A stretch of DNA of 64,000 bases from the human T2T-CHM13v2.0 reference genome, Homo sapiens. Below are positions 1-16,957 of the stretch, piece by piece. The notes below the pieces were generated by a model. It was not told the DNA's origin and searched no databases. It worked only from the letters and a program-made list of their open reading frames with translations. The stretch lies in NCBI RefSeq assembly GCF_009914755.1, contig NC_060931.1. One strand, written 5' to 3'. The translations under genes and the position numbers were made by a program. Position 1 is the stretch's first letter. Each line of letters begins with the position of its first letter.

Positions 1-3000
1 TGAAATTCTTCATATGATCCGAGCGGGGAGATGATGTTACTCCTAATATCACAGGGGGTGTACACTCTCTGTAACATTCTTTGTAATATCCAAGGGGGGA
101 GATGATGTTACTACTAATATAGCAGAAAACGTACACTCTCTGTGATATGCTTGGTAATATCCAAGGGGAGAAATGATTAATTTCGCAGGGGGTGTACATC
201 CCCTGTGATATTTTTCATAATATCCAAGGGGGTAGATGATGTTACTCCAAATATCGCAGGGGGTGTACACCCTCTGTGATATTCTTTGTAACATCCCAGG
301 GAAGAAATTATGTTACTCCTTACATCGTGTACACTCTCCGTGATACTTTTCGCAATATCCCAGGGGGCAATGACATTACTTCTAATATTGCAGGGGGTGT
401 ACACCCTCTGTGATAGTCTTTGAAATATCCAAGGGGGGAGATAATGTTACTCCTAATATCGTAGAGTGTGTACACCCTCTGTGATATTCTTCCTAATATC
501 CCAGGAAGAGATGATGTTACTCCTAATATCGCAGGGGATGTACACCCTCTGTAATATTCTTGGTAATATCCCAGGGGGGAGATGATATTACTTCTATTAT
601 GGCTGGGGGTGTACATCCTCTGTGATGTTCTTTGTAACATTCCAGGGGGGAGATAATTTTACTTCTAATATCTCAGGGGGCGTACACCCTCCGTGATATT
701 TCTCGTAATCATTTTCAAGAAAGGAGATGACATTACTTCTAATATCGCAGTGAACGTACACCCTTTGCGATATTATTCATAATGATGTCCAAGGGAGGAG
801 AAAACATTACTTCTAATACCTCAGTGTGCATACACACTCCATTATATAATTCATAATCATGTCCAAGGCAGGAGATTACATTACTCCCAATATCTCAGGA
901 GGTTTATAATATCGCAGTGGGCATACACCCTCCGTGATATTATTCGTAATGATGTCCAAAAAGTAGATGACATTTCTCTTAATATTACAGTAGGCTTAAA
1001 CCCTCTCTGATATTGTTCGTAATGATGTCCAAGGGAGGAGATGACATTACTCCTAATATCGCAGTGGACGTACACCCTTTGTGATATTATTCATAATAAA
1101 GTCCACGGGAGGAGATGACATTACTCCTAATATCGCAGTGGGTGTAAATCCTCTGTGATATTATTTGTAATGATGTCCAAGGGAGGATATGACATTACTC
1201 CTAATACCGCAGTGGGCATACACCCTCTGTGATATTATTCGTAACAATATCCACGGGAGGAGATGACATTACTCCTGATATCGCAGTGGGTGTACACCCT
1301 CTGTGATATTATTCATAATATCCAAAAAAGGAGATGACATTACTTCTAATATCGCAGTGGATGTACACCCTCTGTGATATTATTTGTAATATGCAAGGAA
1401 GGAGGTGATATTACTCCCAATATCCTACACACCCTGTGTGTACACCCTCTGTGGTTATATTTGTAATATCCAAGGAAGGAGATGATATTACCCCTAATGT
1501 TTTAGTGGTCGTACACCCTTTGTGATATTATTGGTAATATCCAAGGAAGGAGATATTACTCCTAATGTAGTAGTGGGTGTACACTTTTTGTGATATTATT
1601 CGTAATATCCAAGGGAGGAGATGATATTACTCCTAACATCGTACACACTTTGTGTGTACACCCTCTGTAATATTATTCATAATATCCAAGGGAGGAAATT
1701 ATACTGCTCCCAGTATCGCAGGGGGTGTACACTCTCTGTGATACTCTTTGTAATATCCAAATGAGATGATATTACTCCTAATATCGTGCTGGGTGTACAC
1801 CCTCTGTGATAATATTCATAACATCCAATGGAGGAGAGGAATTACTCCTAATAATGCAGGGAGTGTACACCCTCTGTGATACTATTTGTAATATCCAACA
1901 GAGGACATGATATTACTTCTAATATCACAGAGGGTTTACACCCTCTATGATACTATTCAGAATATCCACGGGAGGAGATGATGTTACTTCTAACAGCGCA
2001 TGGGGTGTACACCCTCAGTGATACTATTCTTCATAATATCCAAGGGAGGCGATGATGTTACTTCTAATATTGCACAGGGTGTACACCCTCTGTGATACTA
2101 TTATTCGCGATATTTAAGGAAAGAGGTTATGTTACTTCTAATATCGCATGGGGTGTACACCCTCTGTGATACTATTATTCATAATACTTAAGGGAGAATA
2201 TGATGTTACTCCTAATATCGCACGGGGTGTACACCCTTCATGATACTATTATTCATAATGTCTCAGAAAGGAGATGATGTTACTGCTAATATCGCATGGG
2301 GTGTACACCCTCTGTGATACTATTATTCATAATATTTAGAAAAGGAGATGACGTTACTCCTAATATTGAACAGGGTGTATATTCTCTGTGATACTATTAT
2401 TTGTAATATACAAGGAAAGATATAATGTTACTCCTAATATCGCATGGGACGTACACCCTTTGTGATGCTATTATTCATAATATCCATGGGAGGAGATCAT
2501 GTTCCTTCTAATATCACATGGGATGTACACCCTCTGTGATGCTATTATTTGTAATATCCGAGGGAGGAGATGATGTTACTCCTAATATTGCATGGTTACA
2601 CCCTCTGTGATGTTATTGTTCATAATATCCAAGGGAGTAGATGATGTTACTTGTAATATCCCACGGAATGTACACCCTCGGTGATACTATTATTCATAAT
2701 ATCCAAGGAAGGAGATTATATTCCTTCTAATGTCACAAAGGTGTACATCCTTGGTGATATTATTATTCATAATATCCAAAAAAGAAGACTATATTATTCC
2801 TAATATCACAGGGGGTTTACACCCTTAGTGACATTATTCATAATATCCATGGCGTATGATGACATTGCCACTAATATCACCGTGGGTGGTCACCCTTTGT
2901 GACGTTATTCATAATATTCATGAGAGATAATTATATTGCCACAAATATCCCCATGGGCGGACATTATGTGACATTATGTCACATAATGAGGTGACAATAT

Positions 3001-3090
3001 GTCACCTCTGTGACATTATTCGTAATATCCAAAGGAGATGATGATGTTGCTCCTCGTGGGTGGACTCCCTCTGTGATACTTTTTGTAAAG
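1..3090. repeat. SATR1/SATR2-type tandem satellite, ~43 units of ~71-77 bp; probably continues left of the window
   Basis: Recurring unit ~AATATCCAAGGGAGGAGATGATRTTACTCCTAATATCGCAGGGGGTGTACACCCTCTGTGATATT(AT)TC(A/G)T, with GTACAC cores about every 71-74 bp. Matches the primate SATR family from recall. Units decay at 2820-3090. Confidence 0.9.
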
Positions 3091-3645
3091 GAGGATTATA
3101 GAGTGAGCAATATATTTTTATATATTTGTTGAGGGTCCCTAGCAAATATTATAACATCTGAACTATGAAAGCCTGGATTGACAACTAGAATTTTAAATAA
3201 CACTTGTCTTATTCACAAAATGTTATAAACCTTAAGATGGAAAAATATAAAATGCTTTGACATTACCTAAAGAAGCATGAGCTCTTGTTAGGTATATGAT
3301 GGTGGCCCTGAACTTGAGCCGACATCTATAATCCCTTTTATCAATCAAAAAGCCATGTTCTTTTATATGGCATGCAGACTATTAAAATACGAAAATGTGA
3401 TAATGGATAAGCAACTAACACAAAGCCCCCACACTTCAAATACTGTCCTGGATTGATGAGGGAAGACTGGTTGGTGTGGGGGTCGGGGAGAATTCAAATA
3501 TTTATCTGCAATCCTAATGGTTAAAATTTTACCAGGAACAGACCTGCCACTCTCTTGAAATACTGTCTCTGAGATTAACGTTAAGAACAGCATCATCTCT
3601 GTTGAAAGGCTACATTCCCTTATGATGCTGATTTTTTTTTGTATG

Positions 3646-3946
3646 TTTTTGTTTTTTGTTTTGTTTTGTTTTGTTTTGAGATGGAGTCTTGGCCAGCTGG
3701 AGTGCAGTGGCGATCTCGGCTCACTGCAACCTCCGCCTGCCAGGATCAAGCGATTCTCCTGCCTCAGCCTCCTGAGTAGCTGACACTACAGGCACGTGCC
3801 ACCACGCCTGGCTAATTTTTACATTTTTAACAGAGACAGGGTTTCACCATGTTGGCCAGAATGGTCTCCATCTCCTGACCTCGTGATCCACCGCTTCAAC
3901 CTCCCAAAGTGCTGGGATAACAGATGTGAGCCACCGCACCCAGCCT
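3646..3946 (-). mobile_element. AluS (Sc-like)
   Basis: Full dimer on the minus strand with a (TTTTG)n tail; ctcctgacctcgtgatcc. Confidence 0.9.
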
Positions 3947-4643
3947 GTGTATGTTCTTTGTGTTTACCGTACCAAAAGCAGACCTGAGCATTTTGCTGGC
4001 CTTAGAGGTCTATAAAAGAACTCTAAGCTTAGGCATGCAGAACAGGCACTGGATGTATGTAGTGAGCTTACCAGGAGTCTTGTTGGCTCCCTGATGTCCT
4101 TATCATCTCTCTTTGCAGGCTGTGGATGCACACAAGGCAACTAAAATCTTGGGCATCGTTTGAAAATGTTTGGCTGCCTGCTACAAACTCAGAAGAGAGA
4201 ACACTTACTTATATTCATACTTGTATTGGACTGGATATATTTTAAATCCAATTCTTTTTTAAAAAAGATGCCTCACTTTAGGAAATAAGACATCAGACCA
4301 GCAACATCAACTAGGTATGGAATACTTGCTGGTGAGACACTTAAAACTAGGAATCTTCTAAATCTTCTAAAGGTGCTTAAGAGCATGGAGAAATCAATAA
4401 ACAGGCATCCAAGTGTTGTGGCTGTAAAGCAATAACATAGGGTCCCTAGTAAAGAGTAGGCCTAAGAGTTGGTTTTGGAGAGAACTTGGGCCAAGAACAG
4501 CAGAAAAAGCTAAATGAGCTACTTATGTTGATGTGTTTTAATACTGGTGCATTCGCAGTATCTTATGGAAGTTGTGAACACTAAGAACCAATTTCAAGAA
4601 AAATAAAAATGTTTATAGGGCATATTAAAATAAAAACAGCTTA

Positions 4644-4886
<243 letters not shown>

Positions 4887-5511
4887 TTACCAAGTCACCA
4901 CTAGATTCTTGTGCAATGATAAAGTTTGAGACTATGTATTAACAATTTCATAAATAAATAATCAACAATTTTCTTTCCACTATTTTGATGTTGGGTAAAG
5001 CCTGACATGTGCTGTCAAGTTTTCCATTTGCATTACATCAAATTCTTGTCTACTATGGATATTCTGATATAAAAAAGACTAGTTAAACTCCTATTGAAAG
5101 ATTTGCCATTCACTACACTCACATAACTTCTCTTAGATATAGATTCTTTGATGTTGAATGAGCGTTGGGTTGTGACTGAATCTCCTCGTGCACATACACA
5201 TTTATTACATTCATAATCTTTTTGCATGGCATGAATTTGATACTAAACAAGGTAGTTTCTTTGACTGATGGCTTTTTCACATTCATTGCAGTAATGGAAT
5301 TTTATTCCCATACGAATTCTCCAAATGTGACTAAGGTATGAAATTATTAATAGCATGAAAATTGAATTATCTGATGCTGAGTAACGGTTGAGCTATGACT
5401 GAAGGCTTTACCACATGCAGTACGTACATGATTTCTCCCTGGTGTGAACTCCCGGATGTTGAATGAAGCCTGAATTTGACTAGACTAAATGTCTTCTCAC
5501 CCTCGTTATAT

Positions 5512-6474
5512 TCATGAGTTCTCTTTGGTATGAATGCTCCGATATTGAACCAGGTGTGCTCTCTGACTGGAGTTCTTTTTCCGTACATCACAATCAAAGA
5601 CTTTCTGTCTGGTGAGGACATCTTGTTGCAGGATAAGGTCTGAGCTATGACTGAAACTGCCCTCATACTCGTTACATTTATATGATTTCTCTTTCCTATA
5701 CATTATTTGATGGTGAATAAGGCATGAGGTTTGACTGAAAGCTTTTCCATATTCATTACACTCATGCAGTTTCATTCCTGTGTGAATTTTTTGATGCTGA
5801 ATAAGATGTGAATTCAATCTGAAGTCTTTTGTACATTCATTACATGTATGGGGCTTTTCTCTGAAATGAATTCCTTGTTTAATATAGGCCAACCCATATT
5901 CATCATATTCATAGGATTTCTCTTCATGGTGGACCCTCTGATGTTCAAGCAGATATGAAGGATGGCAGAAGTCACTGCCAGATATAGTACACTTACAGGG
6001 CATCTCTTTGTGAATTTTCTGATGTTGAGTAAGGTGGACACTATGACTGAAGATTCTTTCACAACTGCTACATGTGTAAGCTTTGGCTCTGGTGTGAATT
6101 TTCTTGTGTTGAATTATGCCTGAGCTTGGACTACAGGATTTATCAGATGCTTCACATTTGTAAGGTTTTTCTCTAGTGTGTATTCTTTTATGTCGACTAA
6201 GACTCGAGCTCTGACTGAAACGCTTTTCACATTCTTTACATTTGTAGGGCTTCTCTCTAGTATGGATTCTCTGATGTCTAGTAAGGGCTGAGCTCTGATG
6301 GAAAACTTTCTCACATACATCACATTTATAGGATTCCTCAGTGTTAGGGATGCTGTCCCATTTATTAAGGAGGGAGAGATCCATTAAGCTTTCCTTACAT
6401 ATACTACTCTGAAAATCCTGTGTTAGATTTATGTGTTCATGTTTACCAGAGGCTGAATTCTGGCTGAAGCTCAT
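5512..6474 (-). CDS. Residual open 320-aa C2H2 zinc-finger frame within the ZNF655-like pseudogene (4 intact fingers, ~6 degenerate); probably not translated
   Basis: ORF track shows intact fingers YKCDVCEKVFHQSSALTRHQRIH, YKCKECEKRFSQSSSLSRHKRIH, YTCSSCERIFSHSVHLTQHQKIH and HTCNECTKDFRLNSHLIQHQKIH, with TREKPY linkers. Other fingers have lost a Cys or His. Confidence 0.3.
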   Translation of the reverse strand: MSFSQNSASGKHEHINLTQDFQSSICKESLMDLSLLNKWDSIPNTEESYKCDVCEKVFHQSSALTRHQRIHTREKPYKCKECEKRFSQSSSLSRHKRIHTREKPYKCEASDKSCSPSSGIIQHKKIHTRAKAYTCSSCERIFSHSVHLTQHQKIHKEMPCKCTISGSDFCHPSYLLEHQRVHHEEKSYEYDEYGLAYIKQGIHFREKPHTCNECTKDFRLNSHLIQHQKIHTGMKLHECNEYGKAFSQTSCLIHHQIMYRKEKSYKCNEYEGSFSHSSDLILQQDVLTRQKVFDCDVRKKNSSQRAHLVQYRSIHTKENS

Positions 6475-7290
6475 GTCGTTCTTATTATTATCATCAGTAT
6501 TCTGTATTCTAAGAACTTTCTGATCTGCATCAATAGTAGAGTCCAGACTGAAGCTTTTTTCAGGTTTATTACATTCATTGTTCTTCTCACTGGTGAAGGC
6601 TTCTTTGCTGATTGTTATTTGCCTAAACTCTCCAGGTACAGGAATTTCCTTAGAATTTCCTGAAGCCTTTCTAATCTGTCCTCAGACTTATACACTTCTC
6701 TAGTCTCAGGAACTTAGGTAATATTGTGTTTGAGTCTTCCTACTATCACTTTGCATGAATGTACTTCTTCTGAAATTTTCTCCTTAGGAATCAACAGCTT
6801 GTTCTCTGGTCTCTCCATCTGATACAATATATAAATAGAAGATACAAATGTAATCTGTACCCTGTGCTTAGGAAAAGAAAACTCAGATGAGAAAACTGAA
6901 CAATGTAATATCTACAAGGACAAGAAAAGTTTATTTATGCTGAAAAACAGGCTCAAAATCTCAACAGCAGAAGTAAGGGCATGAACAGGAGCAGTGAGGT
7001 AAAACAGCGGACATCTTTAGCAAAGTAAGAAGACACCAGTTAAGGAGATAATAGGGAAAGAGTTTGAAAGAATTTTAGATAAGCAACTTGATTAGCGGTC
7101 CAGTACAACATGTGCACAGGTCCTAAACAAATGGAAAGGGTCAACCTAACTGAAGGAAAAAGAAAATAACTCTCCATGCTGGGACACACACAGAACTCTT
7201 CATTCTGAGTGCCAAAGCAGCTACAACTTGGCTCAACAATTGAACTTTACTTCCCTACTAATTCCATCTGATTGATTCTGCCTTCCTCAC

Positions 7291-7395
7291 CTGAGAAGTC
7301 ATCTCTTAAGACTTCTCTAGTCTTAGTTTCCAGATCAAAGACCTGTAGATCCTGTTCCAGCTGGGAGAGCCCATCAGGCTTGGAAATTGGAAATC
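7291..7395 (-). other. 105-bp phase-1 exon, KRAB-B-like (ZNF655 alternative exon) with intact splice sites
   Basis: Minus strand reads ctctatgatcag|GATTTCCAATTTCCAAGCCT...GACTTCTCAG|gtgagg; 35 codons, open; FPISKPDxxSQLEQ is KRAB-B-like. Confidence 0.85.
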
Positions 7396-8427
7396 CTGAT
7401 CATAGAGAAGGAAATGGGTGTGGCAATGTATCCCCAGATGCTACACCAGCCACTTTTTCTTTTAACTAATGATTAAGACAGAGAGAAGGTAAACTCTGAG
7501 AAGACGTTAATTAGGAAGGCCTGGAGAGTGAAGAGGGCAAAGATCTTCTACAAGGAGCTCAAATTTGGGCTCTAGAAAGATGTGTGTTAAGGGGCAAGTT
7601 GATGGCTTGGGAGCAGAAGGATTCATTTAAACATTATTCGGACAACAGGATGTGTGCATGGGTTTGTCTTCACAGAAGTTATCCTTATCACTCTCCATCT
7701 GTTACCTAAAGATCAATCTTTGGATTAGAGCTGGTCTACAAGCATCAAAATGGAGGTCATCAAAATATAATTCTGCTGGACTGGAGAAAGGTGAAACTCA
7801 AGCATCTGCTACATGGTTAGCTAACCTGTAGCAAAAGAATCAGTGAAAACTGAATAAATATTCTAAGAACCAATCTCAAGAAACAATTCGTTTCAGTGCA
7901 CATAAGAAAACAAAGAATAATATGACACATTCTTACCCATTAGAAGTGTAGCATTTATTCAGTAAACATTTGTGGAGTGCCTCCTTTACGCAAAGTATGC
8001 AGGGGATAAAGAGGGCAAGCAAGTTCCCTTCCCTTAAGGACCTCAAGGATCCCACACTCTACACAGAGAGAGCTCTAAACAACTAACTACAATAAAATGT
8101 AGATAGAGGAAAGTGCAATCAAAGTGCATCTTCACATAAAACAGTCTTTCTATGGCTTGCATAATGGAATGCTTGGATCTAAATCTCTTTAAAAGCGAAA
8201 GCAATAGGCAGTCTGCTTCTGAGGAGACAGAATTTTAATACTATTAGCATCAAAGGGCAGTTTTTATATGTGTCCAGCCCAGAAAGCTTCTAACAGCACA
8301 CATACAAGGTCTAGCTCAAGCTCCTCATCTCCAAAAACCTTTCTCTCCATTTACTGAATGTCTACAAAATTTATTAGTTGTTCCTCTTACCCTGACATGT
8401 CACATATCATGGTGTTTACATAGATTT

Positions 8428-8718
8428 GTTTTGTTTTTTGTTTTTTTTTGACAGAGTTTCTTCACTCTGCCGTCCAGGTTGGAGTGCAGTGGCATGAGCT
8501 CAGCTCACTGCAAACTTTGCCTTCCGGGTTCAAGTGATTCCCCTGCCTCAGCTTCCTGAGTAGCTGGGATTACAGGAGTGCACCACCACACCCAGTTACT
8601 TTTTGTATTTTTAGTAGAGATGGGGTTTCAACATGCCTGAACTCCTGACCTCAGGTGATCCACCTGCCTCTACCTCCCAAACTGCTGGGATTACAGGCAT
8701 GAGCCATAGCACCCGGCC
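8428..8718 (-). mobile_element. AluS with a small internal deletion
   Basis: Alu dimer; TSD tttacatagattt at 8415-8427 and 8720-8732. Confidence 0.9.
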
Positions 8719-9003
8719 CTTTACATAGATTTTTTAAAGTAGTTTCAGGTATTATCATTCATACTTGATTTATAAACTCTTTGACAGAAGGGACCATGTA
8801 TCTTGTATCTTGCACTTCTTTTGATTCATTTACTTAACAGCTACTTATTGAATGCCAACTCTGTGCCCAAGTATCAATGTATTAACAGCTACCCAATTTT
8901 GTAAAAAGGGTATTGGGGCTGGAAAATATGAAGAACAGCTCCCCAGAAGATTCCATGTGACAGCCTATGAGCAAGGAGATCAGGACAGATAGAAAAAGGT
9001 ATT

Positions 9004-9054
9004 TACACCCCCTGCGATATTGGGAGTAATATCATCCTCTCCCCCCTGGATATT
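9004..9054 (-). repeat. Solitary SATR half-monomer, inverted relative to the 1-3090 array
   Basis: Reverse complement is AATATCCAGGGGGGAGAGGATGATATTACTCCCAATATCGCAGGGGGTGTA, i.e. the array unit up to the centre of its palindrome. Confidence 0.9.
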
Positions 9055-9101
9055 TAATCCTTATAACCGCCTCTGAGATGTGTGCTAAAGAATTCACACT
9101 T

Positions 9102-9402
9102 GGCTGGGTGCAGTGGCTTATGCCTGTAATCTCAGCACTTTGAGAGGCCGAGGCGGGCAGATCACCTGAGGTCAGGAGTTTGAGACCAGCCTGGCCAACA
9201 TGGTGAAACCCCATCTCTATTAAAATACAAAAATTAGCTGGGCATGGTGGTGCATGCCTGTAGTCCCAGCTACTCAGGAGGCTGAGGCAGGAGAATTGCT
9301 TGAACCTGGAGGTGGAGGTTGCAGTGAGTCAAGATCGCGCCACTGCACTCCAGCCTGGCGACAGAGTGAGACTTCGTCTCAGGAAAAAAGAAAAAAAAAG
9401 AG
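9102..9402 (+). mobile_element. AluSx/Sz-like
   Basis: Full dimer with A tail; TSD aaag(a/t)attcacactt on both sides. Confidence 0.92.
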
Positions 9403-10339
9403 AAAGTATTCACACTTTACAGGTGATTAAATCAAAAGCAAACAGGCCCAAGTAATCTGTCCAAGCCCAAGAAGCTAGTAAATGGAGGAGTGAGAATTCG
9501 AACCCTGGCATTCAGAACCCAGAGCCAGAGCTCTTTGCCACATTGTCATACTGCCTTCCTCCTTATTACAGAGGTGCATATAGTAGCCATTTCATTAAAA
9601 ATGTAATAAATGAATGTTCATTGCAGGGCTCTGATAGCTCCTCATTCCTTCCAAAGTAGCAAACCAGGCATAAATAAAAGATGAGATACATAACTTAGAA
9701 ACGTTTACATAAATTTCTACATATTAGAAATTTAGCACACAAAATGGTACACATTATGCAAGAATACAAACAAAAAGATGTTAAACATTTGAGAATGGTT
9801 ATGTATGGAGCATTGTAAATAAACAGGAATAGACAAAACAAGAGAGGCCTCCCGATATCGCATGGACATATAATGATAATGTGCCATGAACTGAAAATAC
9901 AATTATTTGGCACTCAGCACCTGAGGTCTTAGCACCTGGGCCCACGTCTCCAGAGGTGAAGAGCAGAGTCACATGCCTCCCTCCTCCCCCACGGAGGTCT
10001 CCCACCATTCTAACCTCACAGGGCTTGGGGTGGGATGAGATTTAAATTTATATGAAAATACTTACAAATATTTTAAAATTATTTCTTACTGTTGCTATAT
10101 TTATTATATAAAAATATGAATACTTAATCATTTTTAGGTGAGGCTAGTGTAAAAAAATGGACCTTCCAATCAAAACTCTATAAATAAAAATTTTAAATGT
10201 TATCTTGGTTCTCATCCTTGGCAATGATTCTTAAATATATCTCTATATATTAGGAATCTGCAGCTCTGCAGTGTGGCCCAGGCATCTGGTAGTGTGTGTA
10301 TGTACGTGTGTGTGTGTGTGTGTGTGTATGTGTCTGTGT

Positions 10340-10651
10340 TTATTTCTGTCATTGCTTTTTTTAAATTTTAACACATTTTCAGCACTCCAAAAAAGAAACC
10401 AATACACTTTAAGAGTCACTCCTCATTCTCCAGTCTCACACCTGACCCACAGTCCCAGGCAATCTCCTTTATGTCTCTTTAGAGTGACTCAATTTCCGGA
10501 CATTTTAACCTACTTTCTGTATCTTGGAATTGGTCTATTCTGGACACTTCATATAGATAGAACAATACAATATGTAACCTTTTGTGATTGGTTCCTTTCA
10601 CTTGACATAATATTTTGAAGTTTCAACCATGTTGTAGCATATGTCAGTATT
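10340..10651 (-). mobile_element. Old L1M (L1MB-like) 3' fragment, continuing at ~16970-17185 after interruption by the L1PA7
   Basis: ttctggacacttcatatagat...catgttgtagcatatgtcagtatttcattcc resumes as aagactaaatgatatttcattgtatg...ctaggaaaataatttctgggtca. Confidence 0.7.
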
Positions 10652-10663
10652 TCATTCCTTTTT

Positions 10664-16957
<6,294 letters not shown>

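Larger units (their letters stand above)
5000..7395 (-). pseudogene. Unprocessed (duplicated) partial pseudogene of ZNF655 (VIK-1): 105-bp exon, 472-bp intron, terminal zinc-finger exon and 3'UTR
   Basis: Translations match recalled ZNF655 segments (FPISKPDGLSQLEQDLQVFDLETKTREVLRDDFS; NKLLIPKEKISEEVH; C-terminus SIHTKENS). Canonical GT-AG intron 6819-7290. Frameshift at ~6803, in-frame TAA at 6714-6716, second frameshift at ~6630. No upstream coding exon recognised. Confidence 0.88.

Noticed and set aside
49-1075. Short ORFs with repeating YHRGCTPPAIL motifs
   Set aside because: These are translations of the satellite in several frames, with no coding signature.
1-3090. CRISPR-like or integron-like array of palindromic repeats
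   Set aside because: There are no unique spacers or cassettes, since the whole unit is repeated. No cas or integrase gene is present, and the context is primate. It is a tandem satellite.
5512-7395. Functional ZNF655 gene or a processed retrocopy
   Set aside because: Frameshifts, a stop and the absence of recognisable upstream exons or a CpG promoter argue against the real gene. The retained GT-AG intron rules out a processed copy.
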